A stretch of 53,893 nt of DNA, filler included, from Sphacelaria rigidula (GCA_964200075.2; 4 parts of 4 records of this genome joined end to end with filler, not necessarily neighbours in it); one strand, 5' to 3'; positions 1 through 13,399 are shown, counted from the whole stretch's first letter. The notes: generated by a model not told the origin, from the letters alone. Made by a program: numbers and translations.

Positions 1-3000
1 TGCAAGACAGATTTGCCACTTCAGCCCCATATTTTGTTTGAACCCCAAAATATAAAATCGGCTGTTAACAAGTGGTTGATCATAGAGCACCCTTGTTCTT
101 CGTGGCTTCATCTCTCGCCCCAGGTTGTAATGCGTGACCTCCTTACATCGGAATTTATTCTTGAAAGCTACTGTACCGAGGTGTTCACGCAGCCAGCGCG
201 TGCTCCGGATTGCAGCGTGGACGCACCCCTCTGCACCACGCTAGCAACGGTTAGATCACCACCACTGGTATCGTTCTTCACTCCGCATGTCAAGAAGGTC
301 TTCACGAGTGTTTGGTGTTTCATACACCCCCAACACCCCCCAACTGGCGTCTCGCACGCCCTTGTCGTTGGGCACCCAGAGGGTCACTCACATACATGTC
401 GGGTAAAATCAACGATGAACAACACCCCCCCAGTTTCAATTGGAAATATCTGTTGATTTCGCCGCAGTACCGCCCTTGCTGGCATGTGTGTGATAGAGCA
501 AAGCAGTAGCGGTGACGGGAACATTACCCCACTTTTCAACGACATGTTTTCCAGCGCACAGAGGCGTCCTGTCCAAGAAGAGAGGCAGAGAGAAGTCGAT
601 CTTCGCATTGGTGAGCTCGGCAGGCAAAAAGTGACGAAATCTCTCGGCAGCTCGATGTTCTGGCACATTGAAAATTGGGTACATGCTGGTAACATCGATG
701 ATGCCAGTCTCTCGAGCGATTGGTAATCGCCGAGCGAGGACACACAAGGGACAGGGGCGAGGAGCTTCCTCTCTGTCGTGGCTTCTCTATCCGGTGATAT
801 CGTGATCGACACGCGTGTACACCGCATTCGTTCGGTGCACCTAGCCACAACTGATTCATTGCTGCAGTTTCGGGAGAAATGGTATGGCTCTGTGTAACTG
901 TGTCGCGTCATCCCTGCAAAAGAGATACGTCACTTGAACCTCATTTTTGAGATGGGCCCCATTTTCCACGATCCACCGTCAATCAACAATGGATTCTCGA
1001 AAATGGGGTTGAAAACTCAAATGATGTTCAACTCAATAGCCGTGTTTTCCCTGATCTAAATTCATGACAAATGACCTTCATACGCACGACCTTATCCCGC
1101 GCGACCTATTTTCGAGAATTCACTGTCAATTCCCTTCCGTCGCCAAAATTGCACCTGCGAAGACCATACGAGTTTTCTTCTTGTATTTTCCCTGCACGTG
1201 GTTAGCGACCTTGATTGTCACTGGGCAACCTGTGCGTGTCAATCTTGTGAGACCGCTCGAGAGTCTTGCGCGCATTCCCCTCCAAATTTCCAACTATCCG
1301 CATCACTTGCGGAATCACCTTTCGCAATTGGGCTTCTGCGCGACAACCACCCAGGTCGCTTCCTCCGTCAAACAATGATCCATTGATAAAATCCGTGTGC
1401 ATCTCCATGTATCGATTCTTGCCTTCTTCAATTGGCATGCCATTGTGCGGCCGACATCAGCGACATAGCTTGTGCTGTGGCACATAGAGACGGTTCCTCT
1501 CACGCCAGCGCCTTCTCACGGTGGCGCCGTTTCTCTCAATGGTTGTTCCCTAGCTTCTTGCAAACCTAGTTGGCCGATATCAACATATTCCCCATGGAGC
1601 TAGCCGTCCTGGCATGATTTACGTACAGATCTTCGCGACATGAAAAACACAGAAAACCTCAACAGAGAAGTCCTCCAGAAATGGCGACGCGAAAAACACT
1701 CCTGAAAGGAAAGTGACGAATACGTGAAGGTATGGCAGACAAATGCCTTTTCACCAAAGAGAAAACGAGAAGACACAGGCAAGACGACGACAAAAACCCC
1801 GACAACAACTGATGGGCTTCTTCGATATGACTCCAGCTGCAAAAGCTGACGGCCTACCAGATCTCAAATGTGTCGCGGCTACGTTTGGTTTACACAACAA
1901 CGACCCGAATCACAATGCCAACAGCAGCTTTGCCCCGCCAATTCTGCCTTAAATTCAACTCTTCACAACTGAGCCCCGCCACTTCCGCTTCCAGTACATG
2001 TCTCGTGTTTCTACGTCGACCAATAAAAGAAACTACTCGCGTCATGCCTACAAAAAACACTCATGAGCCACGAAGCCACTGTAGAAGAAGCAACACACAA
2101 CCACGACGATCTCACGCCACTCGCGATGCATACCACAATTAACAAGCACAGGCAGGCTGTATATATAACACAGTAATCAACTACCCAAGGAACCTCATTT
2201 TACGCTTGCTGCCGCCGCACCAGCTGCAGCTCCCAATATTTAATGCAGACACAACGTCGCATATGGTCACACGACACTTGTTTTGAAGACAATCCAGAAA
2301 AAAATGAAGATATAAAACCAAAAAATGCTCTTGTGAGAGATGAAAAAACAAACCCAACTTTACCCCCCTTTCAATCACACCGTCGGCGACTCCGCGGCTG
2401 CGATGCCCATGCTTTCATGTATAGATCTATATATAGAGCCTGCCGAGTATGAATCAGGTTTCGTGGGGCACATCGCATAACCCCCACCACAGGGTTGGGG
2501 ATGCCGAAGTTGGGTTCGTTAGAAATGCCCAAGTACAGGGGGTGCTGGTGGGTGAAAAAAAAAGCAGAATTTCGGACCAACTTTGAGGGTTTTCAGAGTT
2601 TACCTCAAAATGGATATTTGGCATCGTTGCACACGAAGCCACCGCACACAGACTACTCAATACAACGGGATCTTCCCCAAGCACCCCCCTTCCAGAAACG
2701 CGGTAGCGACCCATCTTTGACCCTGTTTTTTTTTTCCTTCACTTTTCAACTGCTTCCCCCCCCTGGAATGGGGGCAAGATACGGCCAATTTTAGGCCAAC
2801 TGACTGTTTTCAGGCCGTTCAAACACCTGGTGGGGCGCGCCCACGAAAATTCAACAACTTGGCTTTGATCCAAAAAACTCCGAATCTTCGACGAAAACAC
2901 ACAAAAATCAAGCGTCCGCCACGGTCAACCCTTTGACTGCGAACAGTGGTCGATTTCTTAATCGGCATCGTTTTTCATTCCTCTTTCAAGTGAACGTGAT

Positions 3001-3770
3001 GTCGATCCACAAATGCAACACCGCTCGCAGTCAAAAGGGATTGGGGCTTGTGAAACGTAACCCACTTTACTAGTATGACAAGAGGAAGCGTATCTGACAG
3101 AAACAACACATAACATGTGAGCGAGGAACGAATGGACCCGGCATACGGACGTTCAAGCACGTTACGCAATTCTCGCCACCAGGAGAATAATCAACATACC
3201 CACAACTTTTGGAGCTGGTGGGATAAAAAACAGCGGTACATACTTTTTCGAGTGTTCTTTTCATCTAGGAATGTAGCGTCACACCACAGATGACGCGACG
3301 TGCTATGACCTCGACAACAACACACACCTCGGTGACGACAACATCGCAGACGGCCAGATCTGTTCGTCTTCGCGAGAAACCGGTAACTGAGCTACAGCGA
3401 AGTTATACCCTGTTTCCAAGAGAAGCAACATGGACTAGTGACTGAAATGCGGGCAGATTATATTTCAAACGAAACTGCCCATAGTTACAAAAAAAGGCAC
3501 CAACATCAATCTCACGCGTAGCCGCCGCCACCACAACGAACACCACAAATAATTTCACACACAACACGCTTCCATTGGTAGGGTGGAACATGTGGTGGCA
3601 CAACTTGAGAGTGCGATGCGGTCGCCAGGATATCAGCATACGCCCATCCAGTCGAGCGTCCTCCCACTCTAAGCAACTACATCCTCTCCGAGGAGCTGTG
3701 GACAAGACCGCACATGCGTATTTCAATTCGGGGCAGGGTGGGGGGATGGATAGGGCAGAAAGAGAGAGAG

Positions 3771-3958
3771 AGGGGGGGGGGGGGGGGGGGGGGGTGGAAG
3801 GGGGGGGTAAAGTAGGGGGGTGTGGGTTGATGAAGTGTTTTGCATGGTTGGGGATGAAAANNNNNNNNNNGGGAGTTGGGGGGGGGGGGGGTGGGGGGGG
3901 GGGGGGGGGGGGGGGGAGAGGGGAGAGGGGGGGGGGGGGGGGGGGGGTGGGGGGGGGG
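3771..3958. repeat. Poly-G low-complexity tract containing a 10-N gap
   Basis: Long G homopolymers flank N10 at 3861-3870. The poly-Pro/Gly ORFs here are artefacts. Confidence 0.9.
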
Positions 3959-4551
3959 TAGAGTTGGACAGGTGTTGTTAACTTGCCTCGTGTTGTTTCA
4001 TCAAGTGTCTTCCATGTGATGGGTACAAAATCAAAGACAGGCCTCATGATGAAAGCCACCACCTATGTCGTGGAAATGTCTCATCTAAAACCAAAACATG
4101 GGACATGATTCACTGCACCATATTCTGGTATTCCTACACACATGCAATCCTGTAAGGGGGCGATGAAACTGGGACAGTGATCGATGGAGGGGACGTAGAA
4201 CAGGCAGGGGGGGGGGGGGGGGGGAATGGTAGACTGCAATTCCATGTTTTGGGGAGGGGGAAAAAAATTTCACCGGTCCCATGACAGATGGGCGTGCAGC
4301 GGAACAAGATTGCACCTGTCCCATGACACGTTTAGCGATTCATCCTCGGGTAGCTACCCACGGGTGACAATCTTTACAGACGAAGCAATCTACATTTTGG
4401 TGGCTCAAGTGGTGAGATGTGGCGAGTGCCCGATCGAAATCGCTCACCTGTTCCCAAGGTGCTTCACAAATCTAAACGCAAGATTTCACCGACCCAACCG
4501 ACCCAACCGACTCAAACAGTCAGCTAACCTACCCATCAACCCGGAACTCAC

Positions 4552-7500
4552 AGTGCAATGATGCCATTCGAAATTGTCGTAGACGTACGGCAGCGTGTCC
4601 GAATCAGGCTGCAAAAGGCGATACAACTCTGCGTTTGTGTAGTAGCGCTTGGTGGACGACGATGCGGGTCCCGCCCCCGCATCAACCGCGTGCTTCTCAT
4701 CCCAATCGGGGAAGAGGTCGTGGAATGGCTGCAGGTCGTCGGGGTTGTGGCCGGTGCAGGTGTGGAAGGGGTCCCAGGTCTGGTTGTAGTTTGTAGCCGC
4801 TAGCCCCTTGAAGTGCCACAGCCTGATTTGGGTGATAATACGATGGTTCATCAAGTGAGCACCGATGAACGACAACGACGGGGGGAGCCGAGTGATGAAA
4901 TTCTGGATTTTTCCCCACACTTCCTTGTGTCCATCTTCCGACTCTTCGACGCTATCATATGGGTGCTAGACCTCCTCTCGGAACAAAGCTTCAAAGCTTC
5001 AAAAGTGAAATCTTCGCGCAAGAAGTGGTCGAAAGCGTGCTCTTCCCCCTTTTCCCCCAACCGTACTATCCATCACTCGTCGACACCTTCGGGCAAACAT
5101 CCCGTGTGGACCCAGGACAAAGGAAAAAAAAAAAAGTCGAAACAAATGTATGAAAGACATGAAACGTGTAACTCCAAGGAGATCTCTCGTCACGGTCACT
5201 GTTACAGAATGACAAAAAAATAACGGTGGCCACGTCAACCTTAGTTTCAACGCGCAAAATCACCGAAAGGGGCATACATCTCATTTCCAACTTTGGAATT
5301 CTGGGCCCTCAACTCCACCAAATTGTTCCCGAGAGTTGGGAATCTTCTCGAAATCCATGAATGTATCATCGTATTGTACTTCGCGGTGGTTTCACACGTG
5401 CGCGATATATGCACATTGCGAATCTTGACGCCTGGGCAAAATTCCACAACCTGGACAACATTAAATGGTAATAGTTGCGAAAGAAAAAATTCAGAGATGC
5501 TCCTCGTATGACCCAAACCGGTATGACCCGTATGGATTTTCGTACTGGCCCGTAACCGTACACACCCCGTGATCCCTCATCTCATACTGGTAGACAATAC
5601 TGGGTATTCTTGCCCCCTGATACTGGTTGATACTGGCGATACTGCGTTTTTCGCAGCCTGATACTGGCGGATACTGGGTATTTCTCCGTCTCATACTGGT
5701 GCATACCGGCGGATGCTGGTGATACTGGGTATTCTGGTATTTTTGCCGTCTGATACTGGCAGATACTGACAATACTGCGTATTGCAGCGTCTAATTTTGG
5801 TTCATACTGGCGGATACTGGGTACTTTCTACAGGGTATTTCGCTACTGGATATTTCGCAGCCTCGTGCTGGTGGATACTGACATCCACTTCATTTCACTT
5901 GTTACCGTGGTGATGGGGAGAACCAAAGAAAATAGGCTTCCAAGGACGTGCAGACATCCAGCAATTCGTATCCAGGAATACCACTACACCCACGAACAAG
6001 CAGTAGTACAGGTGTATTATTTTCTCATCACAGGAACCGACACGCAACGCAGCAACGAAATGCCAGGAAGCACGCAGCAGCAGGAAAACTGACGCTTTGA
6101 CGGCCAAAATAATAGGTATACGAGCTCATTCATCTGTGGCTAAAAGGTGAAAGATCGGAGCGTAGCGGGATCTGCGGTTTTTGGAACGGGTACGAATATG
6201 AATAAGCTAGGCTAATGTGAGAGTATTTTGTAACAAATAGATTACAGAGGTTGAGAGCTAAGCTTGGGGCAACAAGGAAAAGACGAGCCGGCAGTTGAGT
6301 TTGATCTCTTTCTTTCGTATCTATATGTGAATATGGTTCCATGCGGAAGCAGTCAAATTTCAAGTCTGCACTTTTGGTCCCAGACCGCTATAAAACTGTG
6401 GTCCTGGATGGCTTTCTTGACTCGGCCCGGAACCTCCACAACATCGCCATTTTCTACAAAGGTCAGTGGAAGGGTCGCAGAAATCTCCTCTCCCGCAGCT
6501 GGTGGGGGTGTTCTACGAGCGGCAGGTCCGGCATCAACGGCGTTGGGGTCTGGCGCACGTCCCAAACTGCCCACTTCATCATCCCCTGCTGCAACATCGC
6601 TTTCCCCGGCGACGCCACTAGAACCATTCCCTGGCAAACTCGTAGGGCTGGTGTATGCGGAGATCGACCAGTAGGGGTCTTCTTCGTGTATGTGTTTGTG
6701 CTGGAGTGTATCTCGCTGTAGCATGATGCTGGAAAATATCACGTATATTTTTGTATCAATTTCACCGGGTATTTCACTGTTTGATACTGGCCGAAACCGG
6801 TGATACTGGGTATTTTTGCCCCCTGATACTGGCGGATACTGAGTGGTTTGTGGCCTCATACTGATGGATACTGGCGGATACTGAATATGTTTTCCGTTTT
6901 AAACGGGTGGAAACTTGCCGTCCCCAGTATAGGGGTACGGCTGATACTATACTGGCTACTGGCGCCGTACGGGATACGGGGAGCAGCTTGAAAAAAATGT
7001 ACTGCGAAGTGCGTAAAGCATGGGCTTGTTGCAACTATCGTCGGTCTATTAGTACTCAATAGTTGCCATAGGCGTATACTTTACGGAGTACAAATTTTGC
7101 TCCCTTGCAACTTTCGACCATATGATGTGCTGTCCAGGGCAAAATTCCGAGGAAGGAGTAGGTGCGAAAACACCCACTACATATTTTCCATCGAAGCTGC
7201 CAAAATGATGGGACATGTTCTCCAACAGATTCCATCCGTTTTTCTCATACAGTGCAACCCCACTGGCATAGCGTGGCTGCCGACTGTCGAAATAATGCCA
7301 TACCTGTCGACCGTAGGATGAAGTACCCAGAACACCACGTCGTTGGTGCTGGACGCCTGGAACATAGATCCGATGTGGCCCGGCGAGCAGAGTAAGTACA
7401 GGAGGTGGTCGAAGATTTCCTCGCTTTCTTCCTTCGTGTGTCCCGGTAAGGTGTAGTAGAGATTGCCCTTTTTTTGTAATTGAAAAAAAAATTGAGTGAT

Positions 7501-9152
7501 GAGCAACGGGAGGAAAAGACGGTGCGACAGGGGAAGAATGTTTTTCAGCTCTTTATTCACTCCATTTTCAACTCTTTATTCACTCCATTTTGAAGGGCGA
7601 AAAAAAGGGACGAGAAATATCAAGTGTGCCAGTTCGTCCTCCACTTCGTGGCTCTTCAAAGTGATTCAAGTTGACGCGGAACCGAGATGACCTTGCGGTA
7701 GATACCCACAATACAGCTTGATTTTACAACGTGTAAACGAATCACATAGATCGATGAGACACCTGCAAAAACACCATCGTAGTACCACAGTGTTTTTTTT
7801 TCTTCTCTTCGTCTTGCACTTTGGATTCCTCCCCTTCCTCGGGGACGAGTCCGTGGTCTCAAGGGATCAACCAATTTCTCCCCGGTGTACGCCTTGCATT
7901 TTGGTCTCGTGGATTGGGTCAGCACTCCCGCATCTACTCATGTCGAACCAAGTCAACCTCCTTGTACCCCTATCGAACGGCAAGACGTCACTTCGTTGGC
8001 GGATTTCCAGCTATTGCTCCGACGCAATGCTTCAACGATTACAGGTGAGCAACCGCGGTGTGAAAAACGCATTTCTACCGCGAGTCAAAGGGCGACAGCC
8101 GAAATAGTCTAAATAGACCCTCGTGGTGCATGCTTGCGCCAAAACTTGCAGCACCCGTGTAAGAACTCCTCTGGTGGTCGAAGAATCCCTGAGACGGGTC
8201 GCGGCCCACTAACGGAGGCTAGACCAACTCAGAGTGTGCTTACCCGCCGCGAATTTCCTTTCCTTACACGCATACCGAGACTCATGATTCACTGTGGGTA
8301 CGCCTACACATCGGCAAATAGACCCGGCCGTTGTGCTTTACGGGTAGCGAGCAGCGCAAGCGGCTTTCTGGAGAGTCCGCTCAGCGACTAGTTAGATACT
8401 CAGAGCGGAAAAAGATAAGTTGGCACTCACATCTTCATCTTCAAAGGAATCGATGAGTTTCCCGGTAGCGTCGTAGTATGTCACAGATTCCAGCACGCCA
8501 GACTGCTTCAAAATCTGCATTTATAGACGGGGGGAGGGAAAGAGAGAGATCCAAGACCAGGAGTTTAACAAGCCAAGTCGACGCAAATGCAATGTAGGCG
8601 AAGGAGGCAGAGGCACACACACACGCGACACACGACACACAGAACAGCAGGTGTCTGACCTGACTCACGCATCAACTATCGGTCTTCAGCATTCGCCTAC
8701 CCTCGCCGTCAGCAGCACAGGCAGCACCCCCGTTGCTCCTGGGTGCACAAGAGAGAAAAACAAAAACTTCTCCACCACTGGCACCCGTCAACCCTTGATG
8801 GAACGAACGACCTCCACCAATACCACCACCAACCCTATCATACGAGAAAAGTACACTGCAACTCATTCGGCGGCGACATGGCACCTGTGCAGAAGTCTTA
8901 GTGCCGATCACGCCCGCGTCGCACTGACATGTGCACTCTCGCCAGGGGGTTTCGGGGGTGCAGCTGTCTGGACAAGTCAAAAAGCCGGCGCGCCAGATGT
9001 CCTTGCTCAGGGCCTGTATTTCGTGGGCGAACGTGAGCACGTTGTCCGTCTCCACACCGGCCTCTTCGCCGAAGTAGTGGTTCCACGACCCCCCGATGGT
9101 CTCGTGGAGGTGTCCGTGGGCGGCCGAGTTGAGTACCTTAGATAACAACATC
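4552..9152 (-). CDS. Tyrosinase-like (type-3 dicopper) protein, partial: 4 internal exons covering the CuB site
   Basis: Phase-compatible GT-AG exons: 9152-8885 (MLLSKVLNSAAHGHLHETIGGSW...CTCQC...TSAQ), 8514-8431 (ILKQSGVLESVTYYDATGKLIDSFEDED), 7467-7304 (GNLYYTLPGH...SSTNDVVFWVLHPTVDR), 4822-4552 (LWHFK...LPYVYDNFEWHHCT). HxxxH..GG plus D-x-x-F-x-x-x-H-x-x-x-D-R-L-W is the tyrosinase CuB signature. The 5' exons (CuA) and the final exon were not located. Confidence 0.88.
5492..6990. mobile_element. Non-autonomous hAT-like DNA transposon in tyrosinase intron
   Basis: Imperfect TIRs: CAGAGATGCTCCTCGTAT vs reverse complement CAAGCTGCTCCCCGTAT. Dense subterminal GATACTGG motifs at ~5580-5880 and ~6780-6960. 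A-rich near-duplicated flanks (AAAAAATT / AAAAAATG). Confidence 0.65.
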
Positions 9153-9431
9153 CTGTCATGTGGGAAGGGATCGACAAGAAAAAACGTAGTCTATCGGATC
9201 ATGGGTGTAATACATATATATATATATATATATATGTTGTGTATGCAGTGTTTCTTTCGTAGAAAAGCGACAAATCAGAAGCTCGCTCGGTTTCCAGCTT
9301 GCGTAGTGAAGGTCAGGCAGGGGTAAGACACACTTTTATGGCAGGCATAAATCTCGATTTTTTCGAGCATCGGGGAAAAACAAATTGAGAAACGCATCTG
9401 ATCGAGACACGAATTTGGACCAAATTGGGGG

Positions 9432-9500
9432 GTCACGATCTCGGAACGGTTTCCCCCGGTTTGGGGGGGAAATCGGGGGGAACCGTTCCGAGATCGTGAC
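9432..9500. repeat. 27-bp inverted repeat (26/27 match) hairpin
   Basis: GTCACGATCTCGGAACGGTTTCCCCCG (9432-9458) pairs with CGGGGGGAACCGTTCCGAGATCGTGAC (9474-9500). Confidence 0.85.
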
Positions 9501-10433
9501 TCCTCCCGATTTTTTGAGGTGATGTACGTGCACTGACGTACGATGCTAGAGTACGATGCTAGAGTACGAGGCGTTTGATATTTTTGCAACGGCAGCAGAA
9601 GACAGTCTCGTGACAGCACAAGACGTGCCTACTGCCCGCCCCAGCTCCTGAAGCAACTTCGCATGGGGTTTGACAAGCGGATAGTAACTGCTGACGCAGT
9701 ACCCTGCGACGATAGTAATATTTCATGCTGCACTGCGCTGTCATATATATCGATATAACGAACGCCAATGTACTCTTCTAGTCTGTTGTCGCTGTACTCG
9801 AGGGCTTATGTACGGCACTGCACACTTATGAACTCTACTCGCGCACTGTTTGTTCTCTGTTCTCGCAGTACCGGCTGTGCCATCATGTACTACCACACGG
9901 CATCATCATGTACTACCACACGGCATCATCATGTACTGTACTGATGAAGTGTCCTGCACGGTATTACTTTAAGGTACCAAGGTACGACAGGGTACTCGAA
10001 GGATTGTTTACCGTCTGCCTTGTCTTCGGCTTCATGCACGAGTGCGCAGTACGACGCCCATGCCGAAAATCACCGTCTGTGTACAGAACCATTTCCCAAA
10101 TCTGTGATACTGTACTGTCTGTACCATGAAGCGGTCACCCCGATTTTGAGTCCACAAATTTGAGACCCCCCGATTTTATTCAAAATCGGGTTGCCAAAAA
10201 AATCGAGATTAGTTGCCGTGAAAGTGGGCATAACACAAAAACACTCCTCTCATTTTGAAGGGGGGGGAAAAAAGTACACCAAAATGAAGACGAAAAGTAG
10301 CCACCGAGACCCGGCCCAAGCCGAGGGGCCAATTAGAAGCATAGGCAGGGTAAGAAAAACAAATGAAAGACAACAAAAAAAGAAAAAAAGGAAAACGTTG
10401 GACACTCATGAAAATACGCACGTCGCACTGCTA

Positions 10434-11639
10434 CGAGCTGGGCCAGCCTAAAAACCGATTCTAGCTCTCAGAGCAACATCTCATCGACACAGACGATTTG
10501 GGCCGTGATTCGCATATCGTACTAATCGTCCAATCAAGGGGGAGGTGCCCATCTGCTCAAAAATCTGGCCCAATTTCTTCTCGTTGATTGAACCCCATGT
10601 CCAGTAATTCCTACACCGTAGGGAGATGGCGTCCACACTAATATCTATATGAAACTCCCGAAAGATGCACTCAGCGGATATTGACGATTTTTGGTGTGGA
10701 CCTTCCCTGGGGCACGGGGAGACGATAGATACCCTCACCTTGACCTAATCCGTGATCTATCTCGAGATATGGCGCACATGAGTTTCCGTACTAAAATCAG
10801 TATATTACGAGTAGAGGCACTAGATGAGCTTAATCTGGATATATATTGCGTCTCAATTTTGGAGAGTTGTTGTATGAAATTTGGTATGGAGGATCGCTAG
10901 TTGATGATAAAATAGACAGAACAGCTTTTTACCTTTTTTCGTTTTTTTTCTTCATTTTTTTCGTGTTTTCAGGGGAGTTTTGGGGAGGAATGAACGTTGC
11001 TCTCAGGCCTCATCTCAATGATTCAGCTCAAATTTGAGAATTGTGATTCGAAACTCAGCATGGACAATGACAGGGGTGTGCTGGATGAAAAATAAGTGAC
11101 CCCTCATTTTTCTGTTGGGAGAGGTTAGGGCATTTTCGTGAAGAAGTGGTCCTTTTCATACTAGAACACCCTGAACCAGCAGAAAAATAAAATAAACACC
11201 AACCTGATCGATTTTTCTTGGTTCATGCCCTAGCGAGGTCCTGCACAAAATTTCAAAACACAAAAGCCAAACGTGGGCCGGTGAGTGGCCTGCGAAATAC
11301 TAATCCGAATTTGTACCAGGCTGTTTTTAAAGGGCGAATCCGCAATATTTTACGTGGAGTTGGACAGTGAAATTTAGTATCGACAATCAACAGGGCATGA
11401 GAAAAAGCTGTCTTTGGGATCTCAAAGTTTTTTTTTCATGAGTTGAGAGCAATAATCAGTTTTGATGTTTTAGTAAAATGCCTTTAAATCACCAAGAAAA
11501 AAAAAACTTTGGGAGCCCACAGACAGCTTTTATTCATGCCCTGTTGATTGTCCATACCAATTTTTTTTGTCGAAGTCTAGGTAAAAAAATGCGATCTCGC
11601 CTGCAAACTACAAGTCCGCTTCTAGGCTGGCCCAGCTTG
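10434..11639. mobile_element. Tc1/mariner-like MITE (~1.2 kb)
   Basis: TA|CGAGCTGGGCCAGCCTA ... TAGGCTGGCCCAGCTTG|TA. The internal sequence recurs at 41890-44254 and 42366-43589. Confidence 0.85.
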
Positions 11640-11641
11640 TA

Positions 11642-12060
11642 GTATATTTTTTCATGCCCTATGCTCTGTCCATACCAAATGTTATGCTCCAACTCAAAAT
11701 ATTGGCCGGCTCATTCGGCTTTTAATAACCGTGTCGGTATCAATTCGGAACAGTATTCCGCAGGCCACTCGCTGGCTCACGTTTGGTTTTTGTGTTTTGA
11801 AATTTTGTGTGGGTCCTCGCCAGGGCATGATCGACAAAACTCAGGGGGTCAGTTTTTTTTTGCTGGTTCAGAGCGTTTTAGTATGGAAAATACTATTTCT
11901 TCACGAAAACGGCCTAACCTCCATGAATAAAAAAAAATGAAGGGCCATATTTTCTTGCAAATTCGGCACACCTTCGTGGTCCTCCATGCTGAGTATCAAA
12001 TCACAATTCTCAAAATTGAGCTGAAACTTCAGATGAGGGATGAGGCCTGAAAGGGATGCT
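11642..12060. mobile_element. Fragment of the same mariner-like MITE family, opposite orientation
   Basis: Reverse-complement similarity to ~11000-11420 and ~43670-44060. Confidence 0.65.
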
Positions 12061-12281
12061 CAGTGTCTATTTTTCTCAGTGTTGAATATCGAACGGAAAA
12101 AAAAGTTCGATACGATATTTCAACGTATCGATCTCGAGACGTCGATATCGATCTTTTTTTCCATACGCAGAAAATGGGCCGATACGTATCGATACTCGAT
12201 CCTGATACTCGATACGATACGATTCAGCTGTTTTGGTGGGGTCACAGCTTGCAAGACCTCACGATACTACACTGACACTAG
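12061..12281. mobile_element. GATAC/CGATA-rich small element or hAT-like subterminal region
   Basis: Many CGATAC/GATATC motifs bounded by CAGTGT...ACACTG/ACACTAG. Confidence 0.45.
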
Positions 12282-12931
12282 AAACCTACCCCGGAGTGCC
12301 CGCCTGATTGTATGACGGTACAGCAGCACCAGTGTGTGATTTGTGATTTTTATCTGACAACATAGAAGTGGCGGCACAACACGCAGCGTGATGCTTCAGT
12401 TTGACAAGAATGGTTCATCGTGCAAGGGGCAAGTCGCAAAAGAGGTAGTTGATCACAACTCGAGGTGTGATGCATCATAGATGGTGTGTTGTTCAAGTCG
12501 GTGATATACCAAGTATATTCCGCGGCCACTATTCCGTCATGTTTCTATCGAATTGGACACTTACCTTGGCTCTGCGCACTGCCAACTGCGAACGCACTCC
12601 TTATTCAAAAACCGCGCCAAACGTAGAAACTGGGCGAAAAATGATGAAGGCAAATGCGCGCTCGCTTTCTCTTTTCTCCATACTAAACAAGGGAGGAGTC
12701 GGCAGCAGGACCATTTATTTTTCCGGCTACACAACGAAGTATACTCTACTGACACCTCAACGCCAAAGCAATAGAATTCCAAAGGCTGTAAAAAAAACTG
12801 GATATGATGAGAAGAGATGACTGTCTACCCTCACACGCGAAACACTCCCGCCGACTTCAAACATTCACAAGGCATCCGCGGTACTCTTTCGCCCTCTTTC
12901 TGATGTCTGCACAAGAGATGTCGCTAAATCA

Positions 12932-13291
12932 TCAACTGCAACGTGAAAAAACTGTAGAAACGCTGGACATGGAAACAAGTTGGCTCCACTGCTCCAATTC
13001 CTCATGAGCGAGTTCAATTTTTGGCCCCCGGGTTCGAATCGCCCATTTGCCACCCGACTCCGTGGTACTCATGAAGAAACACCAAGTTGTGGACTGCTGA
13101 GGATCCGCTACCTTCGCGGGTAACTCTGCTTGCCCGCTCTCTCCACTCTCGGTAGAGGGCACTGGGGCAGCCACTGGTGCAGCAGCAGCCGCCGCCGTAG
13201 CAGGCACAGATACAGACGGTTGGGCAGAAACGTCGACCACCGACTCTGCGCTACCGCCCTTTACAAAGCCGAAAGTCTGAAGGCGGCTCAT
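12932..13291 (-). other. Possible coding exon or transposase 5' remnant
   Basis: Open frame MSRLQTFGFVKGG...PATAAAAAAPVAAP...STTWCFF. Composition looks coding. STTWCFF weakly resembles the start of a BED finger, but no following Cys/His ligands were found. Confidence 0.3.
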
Positions 13292-13399
13292 GTTGCAGAT
13301 CGGTGTGATTCGCAGCAAGTGGCTGTGTGGTGGATGGAGTGTGGTGGGTGGTGGGGTGGTGGGCAGCGGGACGATGTGCTGTCTACCACCCCCCCCCCC

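Noticed and set aside
3403-4062. 219-aa poly-Pro ORF and antisense poly-Gly ORF
   Set aside because: These derive from G homopolymers around an assembly gap.
5580-5880. GATACTGG repeat cluster as a CRISPR array
   Set aside because: The repeats are 8-20 nt, degenerate and irregularly spaced. There are no unique spacers or cas genes, and the pattern fits TE subterminal repeats.
7846-7955. tRNA or tRNA-derived SINE (A-box-like TGGTCTCGTGG)
   Set aside because: There is no cloverleaf or convincing B box.
9538-9935. Short tandem duplications (13-bp unit near 9538-9569, 23-bp unit near 9881-9935)
   Set aside because: These are ordinary slippage repeats.
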